Under the pieces are notes generated by a model. That model ran no database searches and had not been told where the DNA came from. It saw nothing but the letters and a program-made list of their open reading frames with translations. The translations under genes were made by a program, and so were the position numbers. A stretch of 63,623 nucleotides of DNA, counting the filler. It is 6 parts of 6 records of this genome, joined end to end, with 100 filler letters (N's around TTAATTAATTAA, not from the genome) between each part and the next. Parts side by side here need not be neighbours in the genome. Positions count along the whole stretch, not along the records: positions 1 to 20,936 come from SRR31147125_2723; positions 21,037 to 27,777 come from SRR31147125_2731; positions 27,878 to 38,661 come from SRR31147125_2736; 3 more parts are not named here. The stretch is one strand, 5' to 3'. Shown one piece after another: positions 17,689 through 28,548 of this stretch; position 1 is the stretch's first letter; each line of letters starts with the position of its first letter.

Positions 17689-19143
17689 ATGTTAGAATTT
17701 ATATCAAATATTCTTTTTAAGAATCGTTTAGCTGATCTTGATGGTAAGCCTGGAGTCTCTGAAGGTGATGCCGAAATATTAATCGAAAAATTAGAATTGC
17801 CGCCATCTGACTCAGAAGAAGTTATCGCTTTTTGTGATGAAGCTGATAGATCTTTGTATATTCCCACTTCTAAAATAAGTAGTTTTGTTGCAAATCTTGA
17901 TATTCCCGATAAACAAGTCAGTCTATATGGTATGTTTCGAAATTTGTTCGGAGCTGATATTGATTGGAGCCACTACTTTCCAGGTCTAGAGTCAAAGAGA
18001 CATCAGGTCTTAGAGTCGGTATATAAACGTTTGTATGGACCTGATGGTCAACCAAGTGATGGGGCGAGATTCACCGATTTCAATCGATGGATAAACTCTA
18101 AAAACTTTAATCCAGAACTCTATTCAGTGGGTTTAAATTGTTTTTTGTTTAGAAGTGCTGGTTCGATTGTTTGTGGCGAAGCGACAAGTGATTTTAGATC
18201 TATTCAGAGAAATATCGAAGGTAAAATGACAACAATTCATCATCGAATGCTCATGTTTGATACTATTTTTGACGAAAAGTGTCTCAAGGGTAGTGGTTGT
18301 CAATTTGATTTGGCTAAATTCGATTCTCTCTATACTTTGGCTGTTTTTGTTCCCCGAGTTAGAGAGTATTTATCTGATAGGTTTGAGTTTCTGTTTTCTG
18401 CTATAAATACTCTAGGCGTGTTTTCTGGTTTTTCGCTTGCTGCCTTTGCTTTTTCAGCACTCCTTTCTAATAGATTCTATGATCAGGTTGTAGATTTTAT
18501 TGGGACCCATGAGTGGGCACATATTCAAACCGATCGAGTTGAAAGTAATGTGATGTCGCTCTCCGGCTATCTCAAATATAAAGATGATCAGGGTGAGAAG
18601 GGTGATGTAGTTCGTAGAATGTTTGAGATGCTTTGGGTCGCAAAAGAGACGATGCCAGATCTTCTTGCAATAAATCAGTCAGCAATTTATCCACTACTGT
18701 ATTCCTTGATCAGGTTTGCTGGCTCTAGTGTTTCTTCCTTGGAGCCACCGGCAAAATTTGCGTCTATGATGATGACGGGTGTTTCCCCATTTACGTTTGC
18801 TGGTTTCGGAGAAAGGTCGAGCGAGTTGTCTGCCTTCTTTTCAAATTATAGGGATCAATTAGTTAAAGTTATTTTGGATCAGACTGCTCAGTGGATAACT
18901 GAAAATGGCATGGAAAAGAAAATAGGAGAAGATATCGAAGGCTTTTGTATGGTTAATAGTGGTGGGCAGAAAGTAAATATTTGCTCAGACCAACTAATTA
19001 AAGACGAGATCTTTTTTACAAGGCTTGCTGAATATTATTGGAGTGATATTTTTCCAAGTGACCCAAGTGTGTTGAAAGTGTTTGTTGATCAACAGTGGCA
19101 GGAGTATATGTCAATTCAGCACGAGCTCAGAAAACCTCAGTAG
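17689..19143 (+). CDS. Orphan protein with zincin HEXXH motif (putative metallopeptidase)
   Basis: GTHEWAHIQ followed by KETMPDLLA (E..xD third-ligand-like helix); GGGGAG RBS. Confidence 0.7.
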   Translation: MLEFISNILFKNRLADLDGKPGVSEGDAEILIEKLELPPSDSEEVIAFCDEADRSLYIPTSKISSFVANLDIPDKQVSLYGMFRNLFGADIDWSHYFPGLESKRHQVLESVYKRLYGPDGQPSDGARFTDFNRWINSKNFNPELYSVGLNCFLFRSAGSIVCGEATSDFRSIQRNIEGKMTTIHHRMLMFDTIFDEKCLKGSGCQFDLAKFDSLYTLAVFVPRVREYLSDRFEFLFSAINTLGVFSGFSLAAFAFSALLSNRFYDQVVDFIGTHEWAHIQTDRVESNVMSLSGYLKYKDDQGEKGDVVRRMFEMLWVAKETMPDLLAINQSAIYPLLYSLIRFAGSSVSSLEPPAKFASMMMTGVSPFTFAGFGERSSELSAFFSNYRDQLVKVILDQTAQWITENGMEKKIGEDIEGFCMVNSGGQKVNICSDQLIKDEIFFTRLAEYYWSDIFPSDPSVLKVFVDQQWQEYMSIQHELRKPQ

Positions 19144-19242
19144 AATCGTGATTTGAAATTGCTTCGTAGAATCAGTTGGACTTTGTTGTAACTCATTTGT
19201 ATAATAGCTGTAAATAGTTGCTTCGAAAATCTCGGGGGAGAT

Positions 19243-19620
19243 ATGTCAAATAAGTATAAGATTCTTGTTGCTGATGACGACGCTACGTTTGTTGAGCTTT
19301 TGTCAGAACGCCTTAAACACGAAGGTTATGATACGGTTGCTGCATTCGAAGGTGTTATGGTCATTGAGACTGCTCTTAGTGAAAAGCCAGATCTGATTCT
19401 CCTCGATATAAAGATGCCTTATGGAAAAGGTGACACAGTCCTTAGAAGCCTTCAATACGCATATGAGACAAAAGATATTCCGGTCATTATTGTTACAGGT
19501 TTCAGAGATGATGAAATTAAAGCTAATGCAATGGAGGGTGGAGCTAAGGCATACTTCGAAAAACCAATAGACAACACAAAACTCTTCACGAAGATTAAAG
19601 AATTATTACCTAAAAAATAA
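19243..19620 (+). CDS. Single-domain response regulator
   Basis: ILVADDD, PDLILLDIKMP, VTG and FEKP. Confidence 0.93.
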   Translation: MSNKYKILVADDDATFVELLSERLKHEGYDTVAAFEGVMVIETALSEKPDLILLDIKMPYGKGDTVLRSLQYAYETKDIPVIIVTGFRDDEIKANAMEGGAKAYFEKPIDNTKLFTKIKELLPKK

Positions 19621-19661
19621 ACACTACATTAAATTCCAATTATTTTCATGTATGAGTGAAT

Positions 19662-19691
19662 AGGCTTCGACCTTGTGGAGAAGCTTTTTTT
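19662..19691 (+). terminator. Probable terminator
   Basis: GCTTC...GAAGC stem followed by T7, downstream of the response regulator. Confidence 0.5.
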
Positions 19692-19760
19692 GATTATTAT
19701 ATTGATCTAAGAGTTTCTTTATACAAACAAACCTTGAACACACTATTTACTCACGGATAA

Positions 19761-19787
19761 GCAACTTTATTAAGATCCCATCGATTA
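19761..19787 (+). promoter_or_regulatory. sigma28-like promoter GCAAC-N14-ATCGATTA
   Basis: Motif lies 19 nt upstream of ATG 19807. Confidence 0.65.
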
Positions 19788-19806
19788 TGTTTATGAGGAT
19801 AATATT

Positions 19807-20547
19807 ATGGGATTTATGGAATTTGTTTGTGTTACTCAAAAAGATAATTTGCCACCTGTACCTGATAACTTGCGTCAAGAATGTAATCACAGCGTTACAC
19901 AATGTATAAATGCTATTTGCCGTGATCATGGTGGAGGAGTGAAAAAGAGAGTTACGCGTCATGATGTCAGTGAGCCGAGCATTGAACGCACTAGTCACTT
20001 TATATTATTATCATTTTGTAACAGTTTTTCATATGACAAGATGAATATTACGATTGCTCGTCATTGGCGACATGCTCATCGTTTTATAAATAAAAATGAC
20101 CCTTGCAATCAACCTCCCTCAAAAGTGGTTGAAAATTTAAAAAAGGTACCTGTCAAGAAATCAGTCTTTAGGGATTTTTTTCATTTTCAAATGGCAAGTG
20201 ATGCAATCTTTCGCTTTCAGGGAAGTGTTATTGCCGAAGCTGCTTTGGTATCTCAGGTGTCAGCTGTAGCATCTTCATCTACTGCTTCAAGTGCTATATA
20301 TGCATTCGCACCCGCAAGACAGATTGGAGGAGGGTTGCTCTTTATCGCTCTAGAAAGTGTTTTGGGTTATGCAGAAAATCCTCTACCTAGCAGTTCAAGT
20401 CTTCCTGAAAAAGTTGTTCATGGACTAGATCAAGGTGGAAAAAGGTTAGAAGCATTTAGTGATGCAATAAACGAGTCAGCTTATTACTCAAAGTGTAGAT
20501 ATGAGCCAGATGTCGGATGTGTACGAAAATTCGGAATTATGTGGTGA
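19807..20547 (+). CDS. Orphan hypothetical protein (Cys-containing N-terminus, Ala/Ser-rich hydrophobic C-half)
   Basis: 246-aa ORF with GAGG RBS and a promoter motif. Confidence 0.75.
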   Translation: MGFMEFVCVTQKDNLPPVPDNLRQECNHSVTQCINAICRDHGGGVKKRVTRHDVSEPSIERTSHFILLSFCNSFSYDKMNITIARHWRHAHRFINKNDPCNQPPSKVVENLKKVPVKKSVFRDFFHFQMASDAIFRFQGSVIAEAALVSQVSAVASSSTASSAIYAFAPARQIGGGLLFIALESVLGYAENPLPSSSSLPEKVVHGLDQGGKRLEAFSDAINESAYYSKCRYEPDVGCVRKFGIMW

Positions 20548-20655
20548 TTCAATAATTACTTTTCATGATAATTTATTTTACGAAAATTCTGTTTATGTAT
20601 AACCGTACATTCATCTAATAATATCAACTTATTAGTGGGTATATATCTATTCTTA

Positions 20656-20833
20656 GCGTCAATAAGCTGACGCACCTGCCGGAAAATATTACAAAAAATC
20701 GTATATAAATCAAAGGGTTATATGCTTCTTCAATAATTGGGGGTTATAAATAACTCTTTGCAGATTATTAGACGTGAAAAATATCTAATAAAATCAAGGC
20801 TGTAGAGTGGCAGAGGTTGGCTCGCTATATGCA
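20656..20833 (+). promoter_or_regulatory. sigma54 promoter with upstream palindromic enhancer and IHF site
   Basis: GCGTCA-N6-TGACGC (20656-20673); AATCAAAGGGTTA matching WATCARN4TTR (20708-20720); TGGCTCG-N4-ATGCA -24/-12 box (20818-20833). Confidence 0.7.
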
Positions 20834-20864
20834 TAATTCTTTCACGAATCCTAAAGGGGGAGTT

Positions 20865-20936
20865 ATGAAAAGACTATTCATATTACTTTTGTCGGTATCA
20901 TTTGTATGGGCATGCGGTGGTTCTTCTGGAAATGTA
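20865..20936 (+). CDS. Lipoprotein N-terminus, truncated at contig end
   Basis: GGGGGAG RBS; MKRLFILLLSVSFVWACGGSSGNV with lipobox VWAC. Confidence 0.7.
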
Positions 20937-21036
20937 NNNNNNNNNNNNNNNNNNNNNNNNNNNNNNNNNNNNNNNNNNNNTTAATTAATTAANNNNNNNN
21001 NNNNNNNNNNNNNNNNNNNNNNNNNNNNNNNNNNNN
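20937..21036. other. Artificial contig spacer
   Basis: N44-TTAATTAATTAA-N44, with stops in all six frames. Confidence 0.99.
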
Positions 21037-22522
21037 AGGATACAATAATACATCAGAATTCCAAGTTGCAGGTTTGAAAGTATACAAACTAAACAAAAAT
21101 GATATTCCGTTTTATAAAGTGCCGTATTCCGAAAACAACTATTACGCAGGCATGGAGGAAGATGCTGATTGGCGTACAGAAGCTTTTGATAGTATTAAAC
21201 AGAATCGAATGGTAGAAATTGAGTTTGATGTAATAAAAGACGGTCTTTCGTTAAAAGAAGCGGATATAACAATTAATCAGATAGATACACCGCAGTCATT
21301 TGGTAATGTAATATGCTTTAGTTGTTACGAAGATAGACCCGAAGATTACGAGATCTATCAAGATTTACACTTTGCACTTTCAAATGAAACTGTTGTTCCC
21401 AATTACTTAAAATGGAGGATAAACCCTTATGCGGATATCAACTCAACACAAATTATTGACTTGCATGAAAGAGCACAACAAGAAGGGCATACTGTTAGAG
21501 GGCATACTATTCATTGGCCAAAAGAAAATCACTTTGCTCCGATAGAAATAGAGAACAAGCTCAACAACGATTTTGGTGGTTTTTATTCGCAAGAAGCAAA
21601 GGATTATTTTACTGAGCGATCTTATGAGAGAGTTACTGAGGCGTTAACTAATTTTGAGCAGTTTAACATAGGGGAGTGGGATGTTGTAAATGAGTTGCCA
21701 GACGGTACAGGGATTGCATTACCTGATGAAAATGGCAATCAGCTGATTGATTATTCTAATATAAAGCATTGGTTTGAGCTATATAATCAGTTTGACCCAT
21801 CATTAATCGCTGTAGTTAATGATTATAATATTGTTTCATCTATGGATAGTAGAGATGTGCAAGAAAGATTAGAAAAATGGAAACCTCTTTTTGATTCGTT
21901 TGATGAAGGTGATTCTGCTAGACCTGATATTTTTGGTTTTCAAGGTTATTTTTCTTGTCCAGTTGCTATAGAAGTTATGAGTGAAAGAGCGAGAAGGATT
22001 GCAAAAGAATATGATGTAAAATGGAAAATGACCGAAACGACTTTTAAATTTTACGATGATAAATTGGTGGAAGATTTTATAAGAGATTTAATTATAATGA
22101 GTTTTTCGGACGATAGTTGTGAAGGATTGGTGATGTGGGGGAGTTTTATAAATTTTCTAGGTGATAACTATAATTCGGATACTCCAAATACTGGAGTCGG
22201 TTTTTTTAATCCCGATGGTACCTTTAGCGATGTGGGTGCTTCATGGGTAAATACAATATACAGAGATTTATGGATAAATAATTTACATATCGATATGGAT
22301 GACACTTTACAAAAACTCTACTATGGAGCATACGAAGTTGTGGTTTGCTATAATGGGATCAAGTATCGTACGAACATAGCAGTAGATGAAAATACAAAAA
22401 TAATAAAATTGAACCTAAGCAACATGGAAGTGGTATCAAACTTATATCAAACTGAAACAAGAATTGAGAGAATTGACGCACAAATAAAGCGCTATCACAA
22501 TTATTTAAATTTATACAAATAA
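21037..22522 (+). CDS. GH10 (endo-beta-1,4-xylanase-like) glycoside hydrolase, 5'-truncated
   Basis: VRGHTIHW, WDVVNE (acid/base), NDYN, GFQ and MTE (nucleophile); the frame is open back to the contig start. Confidence 0.85.
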
Positions 22523-22785
22523 CGACAATCTATATGCGTATACATGAATAAAGTATCTTTTCTGCAAAAATATGATTTTTATAGTATAAAATCGCTTTAC
22601 AAGCCAATTATGCATAGTGTAATATAAATAAGTATAGTTTTATCCCAATATTCAACAATTAAAAGTGAATTTCAATAAAATTGTTTAATATATTGAATAA
22701 AATAATTGCAGATTAAAACAAGCAAATTATGTGATGCTGAATCTTTGATAAAGAGATTTGTTATTGCAATACACTAGGAGATATC

Positions 22786-24982
22786 ATGCAATTAGATTAT
22801 ATTAAAGAGACATATACATATGAAAATTTTTATGATTTCTTAACCAATCTAAAAAATCTTACGCTAGATAATTTAAATTTCTTTGTAGCTTCTTTTCTTT
22901 TGCTCTTAATTAGCTATATTTGGTTTTGGTTTGCAAAATGCGATAAAAAAATCAGATTTACATTTGTTGTTTTTACAACAGTTATTCATGCGGCATATTT
23001 AGTATGGCGTATAGGATTCACACTACCAACTATGTCCCTTATAAGCTTTGTACTTGCAGTAATATTGGTTAGTGCAGAAGTACTGGGCTTTACGCAAGCA
23101 TTAGTTTATAGAAGATTATTTACAACGACAAGAAAAGTTAATATTGAAAAATACACACCACTTAATTATTTTCCAACTGTGGATGTCATGATTACAACTT
23201 ATAACGAACCAGCAATAGTAATTAAAAGAACTTTAGCTGGTGCAACGCAAGTAAAATACCCAAAAGAAAAGCTCAATATTTATGTTTGTGATGATGGTGC
23301 AAGAACAGAAATTAGGGATGTTTGTTTAGAATATGGTGTACATTGGATTACAAGAAAAGAACATGTACATGCTAAAGCTGGGAATTTAAACAATTGTTAT
23401 ATCCATCATTCCAGAGGTGAATTTTCTGTAATTATTGATGCGGATATGGTTTTAAGACGTGATTTTTTAGATAAAACACTTGGATATTTTAAAGAAGAAG
23501 ATGTTGCCTTTGTTCAGACACCTCAGGTGTTTTTCAATTCAGATACATTCCAAAGAAACTTAGGGTTTAATGAAAAAATTCCAAATGAGCAAGACTTTTT
23601 CATGCAGGAAATTCAGATGTGTAGGCAAGAATATAACGCACTATTATTTGTTGGCAGTGGGTGCGTGTTTAGAAGAAAAACATTTAGAAACAATCGGATT
23701 CATTCCAACTGGCTCAATTACAGAAGATATGGCAACGAGTTTATTGCTGCAAAATGAAGGATACAGAGGCGTACAAACGAATGATACGTATGCTCAAGGG
23801 CTTGCGGCAGAAAGCTTCTCGGATTATGTTGTGCAAAGAAAGAGATGGTGTCAGGGCAACATAGAAGTGCTTAGAATATGGAACCCTTGGAAAATGAAAA
23901 ACCTATCATTTGCGCAAAAGGCTATTGTTACCGATGGTGTAAGCTATTGGTTTTTTGGTCTGCAAAAGATGATTTACATTTTGGCGCCTATGATTTTTAT
24001 TATATTGAAAATACCGATTATGGTTACGTATCCTGTATATTTGCTACTATTTTGGCTTCCGTCCTTTGTACTTAACGATTTAACAATGCAGGTTTTTTCA
24101 CATAAATTCAGGACATCTTCTTGGTCTCATATATACGAAGCAGCACTTGCACCACATCTTGCAGTTGCTGCACTAAGAGCGTTATTGCTTGATAAAGATA
24201 GAGAGTTTAAAGTTACTCCAAAAGGTAAGGAACGTAAAAACAACTATTTTGCATTTGATTATGCTAAGCCGCATTTGGTGCTTTTGGCATTAAGTATTTT
24301 AGCCTTGATTATTATCATATTTAAATTATCTAATACAAACAGTTTAAATATAATATTGATATACACGATGAATGGATTTTGGATATTATTTAATCTTTCT
24401 GCGATTATATCAAGCATTGGTATTTGTTATGAAAAACCACGTGTAAGAAAATATGATAGATTGAATTTGCACCTTGATATTCCTATAAATCTATATGGTG
24501 AAGATAATCATACTGGTAGTCTGAAAAACATTTCGGAAGGTGGCTGCAAAATTGTACCGTTAAATGTTAAAAACCCATTATTTTATGTTGATAAAGAAAT
24601 TATAATTACAATTAATAATATTGAAATTGCAGGAAGAGTTTTAAGGTATATCCCTGGACAAAAAGCATTTGCAGTTATGTTTGATGATATGACAAAAGAT
24701 ACGTATGATCGCCTTGTGAGCTTTATATTCTCCAGTCAAAGTGCAGGGTTTAGCTATTTGGAGGATCGACGAGCGTTAAAGTCTCTTGTTGTACAGTTTG
24801 TTGACAGTATTCGCGTACATATTATAAAGAAAATCTATCAATGGAAACATCGTGGCAGCCATGCTGCTGATAAAAAGGAAAATCTTGAACTTACGAAAGT
24901 GTTACAAGCCAATAGAAAATTTTATTATAGAGGTATTCATCTAGTAAATAGAAATTCAATGGGCAAGCATCTTGCACAGTAA
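22786..24982 (+). CDS. bcsA: BcsA/CesA-like GT2 polysaccharide synthase with PilZ domain (~731 aa; one extra A at 23676-23680)
   Basis: DDG, HAKAGN, DAD, QTPQ, TED, QRKRW and FKVTPK; PilZ RxxxR (RKYDR) and NISEGG. Removing one A joins the two ORFs. Confidence 0.85.
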
Positions 24983-25085
24983 GATATAGCCAATAATAAG
25001 TTGCATATAGCGTCCGAAAAAGTGAAAGGATGTAGTGATTTTTTGTATTTAAAAACTATAAAAAATCACTTCATAACAGGTAATA

Positions 25086-26955
25086 ATGAGTATGGTGCAA
25101 AATCTGATTTTATATCTGGCTCAATTTAATTCAATTATAATTGAAAACACAGGTTTAAGCAGTTTAGCTGTTAATAGTATTGAATTTATTCTGTCATTTT
25201 ATGGACTGATGATTTTTTGCAAAAACATATTGAATATTAAATTCGAACTAGTTCCAATTTTTTTGATTTCACTGATTATATGTGTTTTGAATTTTTCTGC
25301 TCTATACTATAGTTTGGAATTGGCATCCTATTTAATTTATTTTTTGGATTTGTAGCACTAATCATTACGCCTATAATTAGTTTATTTAGACTAAATTTAT
25401 TTAAAAATATTAAAAGTATATTCACTAATGCTTCATTCATTATTTTAATATTCTTTTCAGCAATGTTGATTTTAGTATTGTATGATATGCATTTTTCACA
25501 TTATGATAATTTTTCGCATTGGGCACACGTTGTAAAAGAGATTCTATTACTTGACGGCATGCCAAATACTGCATCGGCAGAAATAATGGATTTTACCAAT
25601 TATCCGCTTGGGGCTTCTTTGTTCATCTATTACGGATGCAAATTTATTGGTATTAGTGATGGAATTATGATGATTATACAAGGTGTTTTCATTGTTTCAT
25701 GTATGTTACCGTTGCTTGTATTTGATAAAAAATCAATTATAACAAAGTTTCCTGTAATTATATTGATATATGTTATATTGCTGATAGAACCAAAGATTTT
25801 CAACTTATTAGTCGACGTTTTATTAGCTGGTCTCGGATTCTCTTCTGTTATGGTTATTTTATATTATAGAAAGAACTTAACTTCGGCATTTTTTGTAGTT
25901 CTTCCTATAGTTTTGGCTTTAGTTTTAGTTAAAAACAGTGGAATATTTTTTGCAGCTATTGATGTTGTTTTGATGTTTTACTTTGCTGTAAAAGCAAAGC
26001 AAAACTTGAAATTGTATATACGCTTTTGCTTGGCATGTTTACTGCATTAACATTATATACGTGGAATACACATTGTGATGCCGTATTTCCGCAAATCGTT
26101 GGTAAACATTCTATGACAGGAAGTAATTTTGAAAATATTATTAAAGAAAAAACATTAGAAGATATTAAAGCTATAGCATTTTTGATGAAAGATAAACTTT
26201 TCGATAAAACCGATGTTTTTATACGCGCTATGATTACAATGAATATCACTGCACTTTGTGGAAGATGGTGGCATAAATTTATAGAACAAGATGATCGTAA
26301 AATTACAAAAATTGCTTTGTTATTAGATTTAACTTTTATAATATATTATGTCGGTATTTTTGCTATGTATGTGTTTTCTATGCCGTTGGAAGAAGCGTTG
26401 TATCTTGCTGGATATGAGCGGTATATTATGACAATTATTGTGTTTATTGTGCTGGTTTTTAGCGCATATTGGATATATATTTCTAACTCAAACTTATCTA
26501 ATAAAAACAAGATAAACCGATATGGATGGATTATGTTGTATTGTTTTGTGCTGATAACAAGTTTTAGATTGGGTAGAGACAACTATAATGTTTTAGAAAT
26601 TAAGCACAAATATAAGCAAAAGAATCCGATGAATGCTGTGATGATAGAAAATTATGAACACACTGATGAATCATATGTTATGTATGTACCAGAAGAGTAC
26701 CGCGAACAATATGAAATCGCATATTTTAATTATTTGATGAAGTATAAATTGCGCACATCAAGTGTTTATCCTTTTCTATATGAAGATCTTGAGTCACCTA
26801 ATGATGAAAGTGTGATTGAGTTAATTCGAAATTATGATTATTTTATTGTTTACGATAAAGATGATTATATTGAAGATTTTGCTGGTGAATATTTGGAAAA
26901 AGATAATGACGTAGCGGGAGTTTATAAAATTAGTGATAATAAAAAAATTAAGTGA
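25086..26955 (+). CDS. Polytopic membrane protein, GT-C-like (~623 aa, split by two 1-nt deletions near 25340-25345 and about 26020)
   Basis: Three consecutive hydrophobic ORFs, each offset by one base; HYDNFSHWA loop, NYPLG and LVKNSG motifs; soluble C-terminal domain. Confidence 0.65.
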
Positions 26956-27393
26956 CATCAGTATTAAATAGGATTAAAGATATTTCTACACTCGAAATTG
27001 TATAAGATTAGAAGAGTTGTATTTAGATTTGAATCCAGTCGAAAATGCTAAGTTGGTCAAAGATTTGCTGTTTCTTGAAAATTACTCGTACTAAAAAACA
27101 TACTTTAGTACTTTCTGTATTTAAAACAGAAAAATATACGTATGTAATTTTCATGTAAGTTTAATATAAAACCTATAAATGCTAATAAAAATAAGCAAAC
27201 AATTGAAAGAAACCTATTTCTAAAGCAACAACTTATATCCTAACTTATAATATTCGACGTATCTACTTAATGTTCCTTTAAAAACTTTTTAATTTAATAC
27301 AATCTTAAATATTGCTGTTATACTTAATGATTTTGTAAAAATAATGGTATTGAAAGCCTAAAAATTATATGTTATTATCAAAAAAGTAATTAG

Positions 27394-27486
27394 GAAATCG
27401 ATTTCGATATTTTTTCGAAAATATATTGCTATATAGTTTCCATATAGCAATATATATTTTTGAAGTTTACGAAAATGTTTTCGTAA
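27394..27486. promoter_or_regulatory. LacI-family operators flanking a hairpin
   Basis: GAAATCGATTTC (27394-27405) and TTACGAAAATGTTTTCGTAA (27467-27486), with an ATATATTGCTATAT/ATATAGCAATATAT inverted repeat between them; directly upstream of the LacI gene. Confidence 0.65.
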
Positions 27487-27507
27487 GCTTGCGTGCGGGA
27501 GGGAATT

Positions 27508-27777
27508 GTGGCTACAATTCATGATGTTTCAGAAAAATCTGGATATTCTGTTTCAACCGTCAGCAAAGCACTTAATGGTTATAATGATATAAGTGAAAAT
27601 GCAAGACAACAAATTTTGAAGGTAGCCGAACAACTTGAGTATTCTGCAAACTATCATGCAAGAGCTTTGGTAACAAAAAAACATACAATATTGGAGTTTT
27701 GTATTTTGACAATACACAAAACGGTTTTAAAAATGACTTTTTTGCTTGGCTCATTGATTCGTTTAGGACTGAAGTAG
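27508..27777 (+). CDS. LacI-family transcriptional regulator, 3'-truncated, one A missing at 27675-27681
   Basis: ATIHDVSEKSGYSVSTVSKALNG HTH; adding one A restores TKKTYNIGVLYFD...FF. Confidence 0.88.
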   Translation: MATIHDVSEKSGYSVSTVSKALNGYNDISENARQQILKVAEQLEYSANYHARALVTKKHTILEFCILTIHKTVLKMTFLLGSLIRLGLK

Positions 27778-27877
27778 NNNNNNNNNNNNNNNNNNNNNNN
27801 NNNNNNNNNNNNNNNNNNNNNTTAATTAATTAANNNNNNNNNNNNNNNNNNNNNNNNNNNNNNNNNNNNNNNNNNNN
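27778..27877. other. Artificial contig spacer
   Basis: N44-TTAATTAATTAA-N44. Confidence 0.99.
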
Positions 27878-28051
27878 TGGTAGGAAGATGCCCAATATGA
27901 AAAAGCCGTCTCGATTGCCAAATTCTACAATGTCCTTATAGATAGTAATCTCTGCTATGGTGTGTCTAATTTCCTGGTACCCGATAAAAAGGATCCAAAT
28001 GGAGACAATATCACCGAAAACGAATATCGTATGTGCCAGTTTTTTGTTCAT
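27878..28051 (-). CDS. Second DUF1240-like (Tmi-like) immunity paralog, truncated
   Basis: MNKKLAHTIFVFGD...FGNRDGFF closely parallels the N-terminus of 28061-28501 (MNKKLAHTILFFGD...YGNRVGFF). Confidence 0.75.
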
Positions 28052-28060
28052 TCAGCGAGC

Positions 28061-28501
28061 TTACTGCCTATTGGCCGCAACCATCGCCTCACAAATCTCC
28101 ATGTTTTTTGTATACACCAGTGTTTTTGCCAAAGCACTGACGCCGCTGGCATTGCGGCAATAGACATACCCGGCATTTTCGACTTTTGATCTGATCCAGG
28201 AGGAACTGGCATATCCTGCAATCAGCAATATGATCACCATTGCGATTACAGCGTAATTCAGGATGGGCTTGTATTTTTGAATTAAATTGGGGCAATAGCG
28301 TTCTATAATAATAACGAGATGTAATATTGGAAATCCTATACATACACAAAAAAAGCCAACCCTATTCCCATACCTGATCATATCGACATTGCCTGCAATT
28401 TCAAAGATTATCCGCGAAAAGATATGGTAACCTGCCCAAAGCCCTGCGAAGCTTAAAAAATCACCAAAGAACAGTATGGTATGTGCCAGTTTTTTATTCA
28501 T
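28061..28501 (-). CDS. DUF1240-like membrane immunity protein (Tmi-like)
   Basis: Three TM helices, then AGYVYC...LVYTKNMEIC two-Cys C-terminus; directly downstream of the Tme-like toxin. Start taken at ATG 28501. Confidence 0.75.
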   Translation of the reverse strand: MNKKLAHTILFFGDFLSFAGLWAGYHIFSRIIFEIAGNVDMIRYGNRVGFFCVCIGFPILHLVIIIERYCPNLIQKYKPILNYAVIAMVIILLIAGYASSSWIRSKVENAGYVYCRNASGVSALAKTLVYTKNMEICEAMVAANRQ

Positions 28502-28548
28502 TTTTCCCTTGGGTTTCTGACGTTTGAATAAATTGGATGTCAGACAGA

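Noticed and set aside
23676-23680. Programmed ribosomal frameshift in the BcsA-like gene
   Set aside because: There is no canonical slippery heptamer or stimulatory structure, and three other indels on the same 6.7-kb contig point to error.
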